Positions 26,499 through 35,708 of a stretch of DNA of 64,000 nucleotides are shown piece after piece. Both the position numbers and the translations under genes were made by a program. The DNA comes from Bryobacteraceae bacterium (GTDB lineage Bacteria > Acidobacteriota > Terriglobia > Bryobacterales > Bryobacteraceae). The DNA is taken from the NCBI GenBank assembly GCA_035526195.1, contig DATLCW010000021.1, forward strand, positions 521 through 64,520, given 5' to 3'. How positions within the stretch are numbered: position 1 is the first letter of the stretch; each line of letters starts with the position of its first letter. The notes beneath the pieces are model-generated. The model was not told the origin of the DNA and ran no database searches. It saw nothing but the letters and a program-made list of their open reading frames with translations.

Positions 26499-27515
26499 TC
26501 AGAGATTGTTCCGCAAAAAGCGGCACATGGCAAGCCCATCCATCCAATTGAACGGGAACTTGCCGGTGGTATAGTGCGCGCAGGGCAGCGTAAAAACCTG
26601 GTGAGGGAAGCCGCGCTGCTTGAAATTGTCGAGCACTTGGCGCGAGAACTCCGGAATGAACGTCGTATCGTACTTCGCCCACACCAGCAGGCTTTTCATG
26701 TCGCGGCCGCGCAGCCGATCCAGGTAGCTGGCGGGACTGATGACGCTCCAGTATCTTCGAAGATCCTCCTGGGTCAGGTGGCTCTCGAGGCCTTTGCGGA
26801 CGTGTTGCGTGGAAAGGCCGGTCCAAACGACATCCGAGAAGTACATGGAAACGTGATTGAAGACGCAGCACTTCACCCGAAGATCATGAGCGGCGGCGAT
26901 GAAAGCCATGCACGAGCCGAGGCTGGTGCCGAGAATCGCCAGCCGCGTGTAGCCTTGCTGCTGCAGCCAGGACAGGCACGAGCGCACGTCGACGATCGAT
27001 TGCCGGGACGCGTGGATGGTACGGCCGACATTCGAGGAGCAGTGGTAATCGGCGCGCTGCAACTCGGCGGGCATGCGGCGGTCATGGTAAGCCATGCTCA
27101 TACGCAGTGCCGTCAATCCAAATTTATTGAGGAGCTTGCACAAACCCACATGACCATTGACGTCGGAATTCCATTGAGGAAGGACGATTACGGCGCGGCC
27201 CTGATGGCCGGGGGCCGGAAAATAGTCCGCGTGGACGGTGTTGTTCTCCGGGTAGCGGGATTCGATAGCGCTGGTGAAGGTGAGGTGGCTCCCGTCCAGG
27301 CGAAAGTCACTTGGGGTGGGCGCGGAGAAAAACGCGTCGGAATTGCTGAGGGACTGGTCGACGAAATCCGCGAGAACGCCGGGAGCCTCGCCGTTGGGAG
27401 GCGGATTAAAGAACCAATCGGCTCCCCATTCGAACGGACGAACACGGCGATTGGTATCGGCGGTGGCGAGTTCCGATTCCCACCGGTCAATATACTTGGC
27501 GTACCAGCTAAACAT
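26499..27515 (-). CDS. Alpha/beta hydrolase
   Basis: Nucleophile elbow LAILGTSLGSCMA. Fold-typical length of 338 aa. Confidence 0.7.
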   Translation of the reverse strand: MFSWYAKYIDRWESELATADTNRRVRPFEWGADWFFNPPPNGEAPGVLADFVDQSLSNSDAFFSAPTPSDFRLDGSHLTFTSAIESRYPENNTVHADYFPAPGHQGRAVIVLPQWNSDVNGHVGLCKLLNKFGLTALRMSMAYHDRRMPAELQRADYHCSSNVGRTIHASRQSIVDVRSCLSWLQQQGYTRLAILGTSLGSCMAFIAAAHDLRVKCCVFNHVSMYFSDVVWTGLSTQHVRKGLESHLTQEDLRRYWSVISPASYLDRLRGRDMKSLLVWAKYDTTFIPEFSRQVLDNFKQRGFPHQVFTLPCAHYTTGKFPFNWMDGLAMCRFLRNNL

Positions 27516-27559
27516 CGATAAAGGACACGTTCAGTTTAGCAAAAGAAGCAAAGGGGCAT

Positions 27560-27587
27560 AAAAAACCCGGCACCCTGCGATGCCGGG
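27560..27587 (-). terminator. Rho-independent terminator on the minus strand (CCCGGCA-loop-TGCCGGG followed by U6)
   Basis: The minus strand reads cccggcatcgcagggtgccgggtttttt. It lies upstream of the hydrolase start and has no convincing minus-strand CDS in front of it. Confidence 0.6.
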
Positions 27588-27848
27588 CTATGAGAACCCT
27601 TCAGCCGGAGGCAACTGCCACCACCGAAGCGGAGAATACCTCTAATCAACCCTTGGCCAAAGTAGCAATTCGGGGGCCAGTGGCTAAGTCTTTGATTCGC
27701 GGTGCGCGCAAATTCCGCCTTTTCAATTTTGGTAAAAGGTCGGAGGCCGGATCTACCAATTTCGGTAGGAGGGATTTTTTGACAAACTTTACGCCGCCAG
27801 GGGAGTAGAATACCCTGAGTGGCCGTGAGTCCTGCACAGCGTGGAGAA

Positions 27849-29045
27849 ATGTGGGCCGCCCCTTCTCAGGGGTCGGAAAGCAGCAGCGCAACGCCTGCCT
27901 CCAGAAATGCGCTTTCTGGTTTCTACCTTTCGGGATTGTTAATGTCGTTTCTGGGAGCAATCTTGCCTGCCTGGGGATACCACCTGCAGTCGGACTACGC
28001 CCTGGTGAGCTACTATTTTCTGAGCTTCAACGCCGGCATGTTGTTATCGGTGCCGCTGGCGCAGCTGCTGCTGGTGCGGCGAAGTTTGAGATTCGTATTA
28101 GCGGTGTCTTGTGCGCTCGTCTCGGCAGCGATTTTGTATCTTTCCGCAGTGGGTCCGCCGCAGCCGTATCCTTGGCGGCTGGCGGGAGTTTTTTGGATTG
28201 GCGTAGGCGGAGGAATCCTGAACGCCGGGCTGTTCACCGGTATCACCCAGCTTTATAGGAGGGATCCGGCGGCCACGGTAAATCTAAGCGGGCTGCTGTT
28301 CGGATTAGGCTGTCTCACGACGGCGCTGCTGGTGGCAGGCACTTTTCACATTTACACCACGGGAGCGATTCTGGTGTTTCTCGCGGTGATCCCCGGGTTT
28401 CTGGCGGTTCATTACGCGCGGTCCCCGGTGCCTGTTGGCGGCGTGCCTGTTCAAGCGTCCCTGCGCCAGGCTCTATCGGATTTCAAGAGTCCGGCGGCCG
28501 TGTTATTCGCGTTGCTGCTGTTTTTTCAGTTTGGCAATGAGTGGGCGATTGCGGGTTGGCTCCCACTTTTCCTGGCACAGCGATTGGGCGTGAGTCCGGC
28601 GACATCTTTGCTGCTGTTGTGCTTTTATTGGCTGGCGCTGATTCTCGGGCGATTCGTGATGCAGGCGGTGTTGCCGCGCGTGAGCCACGGTAAGCTGCTG
28701 ATGGGTAGCGCCGTTTCCGCGATGTTCGGTTGCGTGATTCTAAGCCTGACCAATAACAAGTTCGGGGCGGGCACGGCGCTGGTGATGATTGGCGGCGGGT
28801 TCGCTTCCATCTATCCGCTGGTAGTGGAAAAGATCGGGCATCGTTTCCCTTACTACCATCCGGGTTTGTTCAACGGGGTCTTTTCGTTCGCCGTGACGGG
28901 CGGCTTTTTGGCCGCCGCTTCCCTCGGTTTCTGGGCGCATTGGTTTGGGATCAGCGTGATCATGACGGTGCCGTTGGCCGGATCAATCGCGGTGTTTACC
29001 TTGCTGCTGGGGATCTGGCTCGAAGCGAAGCTGACAGGGGAATGA
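27849..29045 (+). CDS. MFS transporter
   Basis: About 12 hydrophobic segments along the ORF. The start is uncertain (GTG 27819 or ATG 27849). Confidence 0.7.
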   Translation: MWAAPSQGSESSSATPASRNALSGFYLSGLLMSFLGAILPAWGYHLQSDYALVSYYFLSFNAGMLLSVPLAQLLLVRRSLRFVLAVSCALVSAAILYLSAVGPPQPYPWRLAGVFWIGVGGGILNAGLFTGITQLYRRDPAATVNLSGLLFGLGCLTTALLVAGTFHIYTTGAILVFLAVIPGFLAVHYARSPVPVGGVPVQASLRQALSDFKSPAAVLFALLLFFQFGNEWAIAGWLPLFLAQRLGVSPATSLLLLCFYWLALILGRFVMQAVLPRVSHGKLLMGSAVSAMFGCVILSLTNNKFGAGTALVMIGGGFASIYPLVVEKIGHRFPYYHPGLFNGVFSFAVTGGFLAAASLGFWAHWFGISVIMTVPLAGSIAVFTLLLGIWLEAKLTGE

Positions 29046-29086
29046 AAATAGCGCTAGTGAGCGCGTGTTACTCTATGCCAAGAAAC

Positions 29087-30232
29087 ATGATGTTCACGCG
29101 CAGAAAATGGATGAAGCTGCTCGGCGCCGGAGTGAGCGGCATGCCTGTGTTCGGGCAATCCAGTCTGGTCTTTCCGGGCAAGCGCCCGATGCTTGTGCAT
29201 AACGATTTTCCGGAAGATCTGGAGACGCCGGCCGAGTACTTCGACACCTGGATCACGCCTAACGACGCTTTCTTTGTCCGCCAGCATCTGCCGCGGCCCA
29301 AAGTGGATGCGGCTCAGTGGCGGCTCGGCATTGGGGGGATGGCTTCCACTCCGCTGAAGTTGAGTCTGGCGGAATTGAAGCAGATGCCGCAGGCGAAAGT
29401 ACCGGCCACGCTGGAATGCGCAGGCAATGGGCGCGGCTATTACAAACCCAAATTACCCGGACTGCAGTGGACCAAAGGGGCGATTGGCAACGCCGAGTGG
29501 CGCGGGGTCCGGATGGCCGATCTCCTGAAGAAGGCGGGCGTGGCATCGGGCGCCACCTACGGAAACTTCAATGGAGCCGATGTGGGAGTGGCGAAGACGC
29601 CCGACTTTATACGGTCGATTCCGATGCGCAAGCTGATGGATCCATCCACTCTGATTGCACTCGAAATGAATGGCCAGCCGCTGCCCGATTTGCACGGATT
29701 TCCGGCGCGCCTGATTGTGCCGGGGTGGGACGGAGCGAGTTGGGTGAAGTGGGTAACCGATATTCAGTTCAGCGATCAACCGGACAAGGGCTTTTATTAC
29801 GCGCGCGCCTACCGCTATCCGAAGGTTCCGGTACCGCCGGGCGGCGCAGCGAAACCTGAAGATATGGAAGTACTGGAAGGGATGGCGGTGAAGTCGTTTT
29901 TTGCGCGGCCGGCGGATCAATCGCGGGTAAAACTGGGAGCCGGCATTCCCCTGCAGGGGATCGCCTGGGCTGGTGAGAACCGGCTGACGCGGGTGGAAGT
30001 CTCGACGGATGGCGGCGCCAAGTGGCAGGACGCAAAGCTATCGCCGCAGAACTTTCCGTTTGCCTGGCGGCTGTTCACGCTCGACTGGACTCCGGCAAAG
30101 CCCGGTTACTATACACTATTCTCACGCGCCACCGATTCTGCCGGGCGCACGCAACCGATCGAACCGTCGTGGAACCCACCCGGTTACTTGTGGAATGCGG
30201 TGGACCGTATCGGCATCCTGGTGGAAGGCTGA
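29087..30232 (+). CDS. Sulfite-oxidase-family molybdopterin oxidoreductase (SorA-like) with Tat signal
   Basis: TRRKWMKLLGAG leader, FFVRQHLP, ATLECAGNGR (Moco cysteine motif), and a C-terminal dimerisation-type domain. Confidence 0.8.
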   Translation: MMFTRRKWMKLLGAGVSGMPVFGQSSLVFPGKRPMLVHNDFPEDLETPAEYFDTWITPNDAFFVRQHLPRPKVDAAQWRLGIGGMASTPLKLSLAELKQMPQAKVPATLECAGNGRGYYKPKLPGLQWTKGAIGNAEWRGVRMADLLKKAGVASGATYGNFNGADVGVAKTPDFIRSIPMRKLMDPSTLIALEMNGQPLPDLHGFPARLIVPGWDGASWVKWVTDIQFSDQPDKGFYYARAYRYPKVPVPPGGAAKPEDMEVLEGMAVKSFFARPADQSRVKLGAGIPLQGIAWAGENRLTRVEVSTDGGAKWQDAKLSPQNFPFAWRLFTLDWTPAKPGYYTLFSRATDSAGRTQPIEPSWNPPGYLWNAVDRIGILVEG

Positions 30233-30235
30233 AAC

Positions 30236-30535
30236 ATGAAGACGCTTTTGTGTTTAATCGCTTTGGCCAGCTCCTTGACGGCCGCCGATGCCGCCCTGAT
30301 CGAAAAAGGCAGAGCGGAAGAGAAGCGCGCCTGCGTGGGATGCCACGGACTGAAGATTATTCACATCCAACGGCTGACGCGTGCGCAATGGGACGCGGAA
30401 CTGACGAAAATGGCCGGCTGGGGCACCGTGATCAAGGACCGGGAAGCACTGATGGAATACCTGACGGCGAGTTACGGCGCCGATAAACCAGCGGCGCCGC
30501 TGACGCGTTCAGAGAACGGAGCCGCCAAGAAGTAA
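30236..30535 (+). CDS. Monoheme c-type cytochrome (SorB-like partner)
   Basis: Signal peptide and a single CVGCH motif. It begins 4 nt after the SorA-like stop. Confidence 0.7.
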   Translation: MKTLLCLIALASSLTAADAALIEKGRAEEKRACVGCHGLKIIHIQRLTRAQWDAELTKMAGWGTVIKDREALMEYLTASYGADKPAAPLTRSENGAAKK

Positions 30536-30542
30536 GCATCGA

Positions 30543-31511
30543 ATGGGCGCCCCTTACCTGGCCGCGGCACATCGAACGGAAGTGGTGCCGTTGAGGCATG
30601 TCACCGGCGACGATCTGATGCCGGTTCTGGAGGAGGAGACCAGCACTTGGCGGGAGACGCTCGAGTGGGATTTTTGCCCCTCGGCGGAGCTGGTGCTCCG
30701 CTTCGTGAATATGCACTCGCTCAGCGGATACGCCCTGATGGTGGGCGGTAAACTTGCGGGTTACGCCTACTATCTGTCCGAAGACCGTAAAGGCTTGATC
30801 GGCGATGTCTATGTGGCGAAGGAGCATCGCACCCAGGAACTTGAGAATCAACTTCTCGCGGCTGTGCTCGAAGCCTTGCGCGAGGAATCTGTGCGGCGGG
30901 TGGAATCGCAGTTGATGATGCTGGCGGGACCCATTGACCGGCCGATGCCGTTGGCAAACTACCTGCGGGTTTTCCGGCGAACGTTTATGGTATGGGATGG
31001 CTCCGGACCGGAGTTGAAGGAGGGCAATGCCGGGGAAAGGCTACTACTGGAATCGTGGCGGGATGAAAGGCATGAAGAGGCTTCCCAGTTAATCGGCATG
31101 GCGTACCATGGGCACATCGACAGCCAGATCAACGACCAGTACCAATCGATTGCCGGGGCGCGGCGCTTTCTGTTGAACATCGTGCAGTACCCCGGGTGCG
31201 GGCGCTTTTATCAGCCGTCGTCCTATCTGGCATTTCATAAAGACACGGGCCAACCGTGCGGCCTTATCCTGGGGAGCCTGGTGGCGGAGAACGTCGGCCA
31301 TATCACGCAGGTTTGCGTGCTGCCGGAGATGCGCGGACAGGGCGTGGGCTATGAGCTGATGCGCAATTCTATGCACCAGTTGCGCGAGTATGGCTGCCGG
31401 AAGATCACGTTAACCGTGACATCCTGCAATGAAAGCGCGATCCGGTTGTACGAAAGCATGGGATTCCGCCGGATGAGGGAATTTGCGGCCCATGTATGGG
31501 ACGGCTTCTAG
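30543..31511 (+). CDS. GNAT-family N-acetyltransferase
   Basis: VLPEMRGQGVGYELM...AIRLYESMGFR (acetyl-CoA binding motif A). Confidence 0.7.
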   Translation: MGAPYLAAAHRTEVVPLRHVTGDDLMPVLEEETSTWRETLEWDFCPSAELVLRFVNMHSLSGYALMVGGKLAGYAYYLSEDRKGLIGDVYVAKEHRTQELENQLLAAVLEALREESVRRVESQLMMLAGPIDRPMPLANYLRVFRRTFMVWDGSGPELKEGNAGERLLLESWRDERHEEASQLIGMAYHGHIDSQINDQYQSIAGARRFLLNIVQYPGCGRFYQPSSYLAFHKDTGQPCGLILGSLVAENVGHITQVCVLPEMRGQGVGYELMRNSMHQLREYGCRKITLTVTSCNESAIRLYESMGFRRMREFAAHVWDGF

Positions 31512-31520
31512 CGTCCGGTC

Positions 31521-32573
31521 TTAGTTCATCGCTTGCCGGAGCTTGGAGATCAAGCGGTCGGCCGCTTTCCGCTGGCCGCCCCGTTTCATGATTCCGAAAA
31601 CCAGGCTGCGATCACCGGCTTCGTCGGACCACAGGACTTTCGTGCCGGTGGAATCCACCACCGAGACTGCGCCCGATGCCATATCGTGCAGACCCAGATA
31701 GCGTCCGGTGATGGTTGAGCCAGTCCCGGTTTTGGCGTCTGACACGCCGGTGAGAATGGCGTCGGCATCCTCGCGCATCAGCGTTACGGCGAGCCTGCCC
31801 GCCATCTGCTTGCTGATTTCGGCGCGGAGGAACTGATCCAGATCGTTCGGCATCTTATCGATAAAGATGATCTTGACTTCTCGCAGCGACGAGACTTTTG
31901 GGGTGCCCCCAACGATCGGGGCAACCGGCGAGGATGGAGGATCCGCGCTCTCGGGTGGACCGGCCGGCCCTAACGCCAGTGGATTTTCCGGCGCGGGAGG
32001 CGGCGCCGCGGCCTGCTCGGGCGTCAAGGCGCGCTGCATCACGGGCAGCTTCTTCGAGGGCGCCGCTGCGGGCGCGCTGCTTGATGGCATCGTGCTGACG
32101 GCACCCACCAGCGAGCTGTCGGCTCCGGCGTTTTCGAGCTCCGTTCTGACGTCGGGGGTGACTCGAAAACTGATGCCCCGGTCTTTTGCGAGTTGGATGA
32201 TGCGCGGGGAAGGCGTGCCCACTTGGAGCAAAGTGACGATCTCCGTTTTGCTGAGCGGCTTGGCTCCGGCGGCTTTACTGGAAGCCGGTTCCACGGCCGG
32301 TGCGCGGAAGCTCGCCTTTACGGCGGTCAGCAGCTCTTGGGAAGCTCCGGCGGCGCGCAACTCGCCTTCATCCACCGGAGTGGCTTTGAAATCCACACCA
32401 CGTTGCTTGACAAACTGCACCATTTCCTGTTGCGTCAGGCCTCCAATTTTGAGTGCGTCGATGAGGCCTTTTTTACTGATGGGTTTGGCGCTTTGGGCCG
32501 ATGCGGAAATCGACAGTAGGAGCAGAGCCGCGAAGAACGCCAGAACGGACCGGCAAATCCAAGTACGTGGCAT
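31521..32573 (-). CDS. Secreted hypothetical protein with two N-terminal repeats and a Pro/Ala linker
   Basis: Signal peptide. Repeats KKGLIDALKIGGLTQQEMVQFVKQRGVDFKATP and LSKTEIVTLLQVGTPSPRIIQLAKDRGISFRVTP. Confidence 0.55.
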   Translation of the reverse strand: MPRTWICRSVLAFFAALLLLSISASAQSAKPISKKGLIDALKIGGLTQQEMVQFVKQRGVDFKATPVDEGELRAAGASQELLTAVKASFRAPAVEPASSKAAGAKPLSKTEIVTLLQVGTPSPRIIQLAKDRGISFRVTPDVRTELENAGADSSLVGAVSTMPSSSAPAAAPSKKLPVMQRALTPEQAAAPPPAPENPLALGPAGPPESADPPSSPVAPIVGGTPKVSSLREVKIIFIDKMPNDLDQFLRAEISKQMAGRLAVTLMREDADAILTGVSDAKTGTGSTITGRYLGLHDMASGAVSVVDSTGTKVLWSDEAGDRSLVFGIMKRGGQRKAADRLISKLRQAMN

Positions 32574-32620
32574 ATGGATATCATTTTATCCGCTCGCGCG
32601 CGTGATTCGCGGCCGTAGCG

Positions 32621-34489
32621 ATGTGGGACAATCATCGGGTGCGTCTGGCAATTCGATTTCTTCTTTGTCTCGCTCCGGCGCTGATGCTCTGCCAGGATTG
32701 GCGGTATTACTCCGGCAACGCGGGCGGTCACAAACATTCCGGGATGAAGCAGATCCATCGCGGCAATGTGGGCAGCTTGAAGGTAGCCTGGACTTTCCAT
32801 ACCGGCGACGTAAGCGACGGCAAAGAGTTTCCGGTGCGCAGCGCCTTTGAAGCCACTCCACTCATGGTGGACAACGTTTTGTACCTGGTCACGCCATTTG
32901 CCAGGCTGATTGCTCTGGACGCTGAAAGCGGCCGCCAGATGTGGGCGTTCGATCCGAAAATCGACCGCGCGCGGTCGGCCAATTTGTTCATTAACCGGGG
33001 AGCGGCGTTCTGGACCGATGGAAAACAGAAGCGCATTTTTTACGGAACGCTGGAAGGGGAATTGTTCTCCATTGATGCGGTGAGCGGCGAGCCCGTCTCC
33101 GGCTTCGGACAAAAGGGAAAAATCAACCTTAAAGAGGGGATGATGATTGCCGGAGGGAGGCAGAACTATGGCATGACTTCGCCGCCGGCCATTTACAGAA
33201 ACCTCGTAATCTGCGGTTCGATCGTGCCCGACGGAGAACCGCAAGGGCCCAGCGGGGATGTCCGCGCCTTTGACGCCCTCACGGGTAAGCTGGTGTGGCG
33301 ATTCCACACGGTGCCGCAGCCGGGGGAATTCGGCCATGACACCTGGGAAGGCGAGTCCTGGAAGAATCGGGGCGGTGCCAACGCCTGGTCCATCATGAGT
33401 GTGGATGAGCAGCGTGGAATGGTGTTTCTCCCGCTCACCTCGCCCGCTTCGGACATGTGGGGCGGCGATCGCAAGGGAGCCAATTTATTCGGCGATTCGG
33501 TGGTGGCGCTGGATGCTTCCACAGGGAAGCGGATCTGGCATTTCCAGACGGTACATCACAACCTTTGGGATTACGATCTGCCGGCGCAGCCGGTTCTGGT
33601 CGATGTAAAAAAGGATGGGAAAATCGTCCCCGCCGTGGCGCAGGTGGCGAAGACGGGCTTTACGTTTCTCTTTGAGCGCGCCACCGGTAAACCGATCTTC
33701 GACATCGTGGAGAAGCCCGTACCGCCGAGTACGATGCCCGGGGAATCGGCATTCCCAACCCAACCTTTTCCCAGTAAGCCGCCCCCTTTTGCGCGCCAGA
33801 GTATGAAGGCGGACGAACTGACGACGATCCCCGAATCGCGCGAGTTCTGCGCCAAGCTCATTGAAGGCGCAAGCTTCGGGGATCTCTACACGCCCTTCGG
33901 CGAAAAGCCGATGGTGCTGTTTCCAGGCACGAATGGTGGAACCAACTGGGGTGGCGCATCTTATGATCCGGAAACCCGCACGCTTTACGTCAACTCGCAC
34001 GATAACGGGATGATCCTTCGCTACGTCAAGCGGCCGGAAGGTTCCTTGATTCCGTACCGCACGCAAGGGCCGCCCTACAGCCGCTTCTGGGACAAGAACC
34101 GGTATCCGTGCCAGGCGCCTCCGTGGGGCCACCTCACCGCCATCGATCTGGATAAGGGCGAGTTCCGCTGGCGGGTTACGCTGGGAGCGTTCGACGAGTT
34201 GACCGCGAAGGGCATTCCTCCTACCGGGACCTCCACGCTCGGCGGCTCGCTGGTGACGGCCGGCGGCGTTCTTTTCATCGGCTCCACCAACGACAGCCGC
34301 TTTCGCGCGTTCGATAAAGAGAGCGGCAAGGAGTTGTGGGTGACGCGTCTGCCGGCGAGTGCACATGCCACCCCAATGACCTATCTTGGAAAGAAGACGA
34401 AGAAGCAATTCATCGTAATTGCCGCGGGAGGCGGCAACAAATACAACGAGACGTTCTCCGATTCGCTGGTGGCCTTCTCTTTGCCTTAG
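32621..34489 (+). CDS. PQQ-dependent dehydrogenase (glucose/quinate/shikimate type beta-propeller)
   Basis: WRYYSGNAGGHKHS, repeated W-motif propeller blades, HHNLWDYD and GGTNWGG. Confidence 0.85.
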   Translation: MWDNHRVRLAIRFLLCLAPALMLCQDWRYYSGNAGGHKHSGMKQIHRGNVGSLKVAWTFHTGDVSDGKEFPVRSAFEATPLMVDNVLYLVTPFARLIALDAESGRQMWAFDPKIDRARSANLFINRGAAFWTDGKQKRIFYGTLEGELFSIDAVSGEPVSGFGQKGKINLKEGMMIAGGRQNYGMTSPPAIYRNLVICGSIVPDGEPQGPSGDVRAFDALTGKLVWRFHTVPQPGEFGHDTWEGESWKNRGGANAWSIMSVDEQRGMVFLPLTSPASDMWGGDRKGANLFGDSVVALDASTGKRIWHFQTVHHNLWDYDLPAQPVLVDVKKDGKIVPAVAQVAKTGFTFLFERATGKPIFDIVEKPVPPSTMPGESAFPTQPFPSKPPPFARQSMKADELTTIPESREFCAKLIEGASFGDLYTPFGEKPMVLFPGTNGGTNWGGASYDPETRTLYVNSHDNGMILRYVKRPEGSLIPYRTQGPPYSRFWDKNRYPCQAPPWGHLTAIDLDKGEFRWRVTLGAFDELTAKGIPPTGTSTLGGSLVTAGGVLFIGSTNDSRFRAFDKESGKELWVTRLPASAHATPMTYLGKKTKKQFIVIAAGGGNKYNETFSDSLVAFSLP

Positions 34490-34857
34490 TGGCATTTGCG
34501 GCCGAGTTTTCGCATAAGCGCCATGCGCCGCTGAAGATGGCATGTACCAGTTGCCACGCCGGCGCGGAAACCAGGGAAAGAGCCGGGTTTCCCGCCCTTG
34601 CGCAATGTCAGACCTGCCATCGGGATTATGCGGCCAAGATCCCTTCACAAAGGATTTACAAACTGCCGGACTTCGCGAATTTCAGCCATGCCGTGCATAT
34701 GAATGCCAAAGAGCAGTGCCGCACTTGCCACGGCGACGTCTGGCAGCAGCAAACGCTTTCCGTGTTCCGTTCGTTAAAAATGAAATCCTGCGTGGACTGC
34801 CACAAAGAGAAGCACGCGGCGCAGGCGTGCAACGTGTGTCATGAACTAGGCCAGTAG
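34336..34857 (+). CDS. Pentaheme cytochrome c (c3-family); start uncertain
   Basis: Five CxxCH motifs (CTSCH, CQTCH, CRTCH, CVDCH, CNVCH) plus FSHKRH/FSHAVH. A signal-like FAGGLLFALVAFA lies in the part that overlaps the PQQ gene. The alternative GTG at 34489 would delete it. Confidence 0.7.
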   Translation: MGDASAGECTCHPNDLSWKEDEEAIHRNCRGRRQQIQRDVLRFAGGLLFALVAFAAEFSHKRHAPLKMACTSCHAGAETRERAGFPALAQCQTCHRDYAAKIPSQRIYKLPDFANFSHAVHMNAKEQCRTCHGDVWQQQTLSVFRSLKMKSCVDCHKEKHAAQACNVCHELGQ

Positions 34858-34867
34858 GAGGTTCCTC

Positions 34868-35380
34868 ATGAGCTTACCCGGTGTAGCGTTATTATGGCAG
34901 ACGCCCGCGATTCTGGATGGGATTCTGGTGGAGGCTGACGATGCGAATGCCAACTGGAAGCCATCTCCGGACCGCTGGTCCATCCAGGAGGTTCTGGGCC
35001 ATATGGCGCATGTGGAAGTGGCTGGCTTCCACGATCGCGTGGCCTCCATCCTGCGCGAGGATTGTCCTTCACTGGCGGCCTACGATCCGGATACGTATGC
35101 GGCTACCGGAATATACTCGCGACTGCCTTACCGGGAACTGCTGGAAGAGTTCCGGGCCGCGCGGCGGCGAAGCCTTACAATGCTCGATACGCTCGAGGAA
35201 GGGTCCCTGGCGCGCACTGGCCGCCATTCCGTGCTGGGCATTATTACGATTGATAACCTGATGCACGAATGGGCGCTGCACGACTTGGGCCACGTCCGCC
35301 AGATTGCGGAACTGGTGCGGGCACGTTTGTATTATCCCTATCTCGGTCCCTGGCAGCAGGTTTATAAAATGAATCCCTAA
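34868..35380 (+). CDS. DinB-family protein
   Basis: WSIQEVLGHMAHVE and HDLGHVRQI are the DinB metal-binding His pattern. Confidence 0.75.
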   Translation: MSLPGVALLWQTPAILDGILVEADDANANWKPSPDRWSIQEVLGHMAHVEVAGFHDRVASILREDCPSLAAYDPDTYAATGIYSRLPYRELLEEFRAARRRSLTMLDTLEEGSLARTGRHSVLGIITIDNLMHEWALHDLGHVRQIAELVRARLYYPYLGPWQQVYKMNP

Positions 35381-35381
35381 G

Positions 35382-35696
35382 TCAGCCGTTACCGAAAAGA
35401 ATCTGCACACAGCGGATGATGACGTAGACCAGGCAGGCGGTCTCGATGTACATGATCGTTTTCAGCAGCCATCCACTCATCCATTCAAAACGGATCAGGA
35501 GTGCAGCTACCACAGCCACGAATACATAGGCGGGATTGATCACGAGGTCGAACTTCTTGGTGAAAGCCACTAGCGCGACATAGTAAAACAAAGGCCAGTT
35601 GCTCTCCGGCCGCGTCCGGTAGCGCATGAACACGACCCATACCGTAAGCGCGAGCAGTAGAACGGTCGTGATATTGAACGTAGTCGGGCTGATCAT
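35382..35696 (-). CDS. Small integral membrane protein (3-4 TM segments)
   Basis: Hydrophobic 104-aa ORF directly downstream of the barrel gene. Confidence 0.5.
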   Translation of the reverse strand: MISPTTFNITTVLLLALTVWVVFMRYRTRPESNWPLFYYVALVAFTKKFDLVINPAYVFVAVVAALLIRFEWMSGWLLKTIMYIETACLVYVIIRCVQILFGNG

Positions 35697-35708
35697 GAAG
35701 GTCTCAGT

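Noticed and set aside
27560-27800. Identifying the candidate sRNA as 6S RNA.
   Set aside because: The putative 5' and 3' regions are not complementary (both contain the same-sense GCCUCCGG word), so the 6S closing stem is absent. No specific family is assigned.
27778-27810. TTGACA ... TAGAAT as the MFS promoter.
   Set aside because: The spacer is 21 nt, outside the 16-19 nt range for sigma70-type promoters.
27590-27960. ORFs 27590..27808 (+) and 27646..27960 (-) as protein-coding genes.
   Set aside because: They have no RBS, an odd composition and no motifs. The minus ORF overlaps the 5' region of the MFS gene. They are more likely non-coding.
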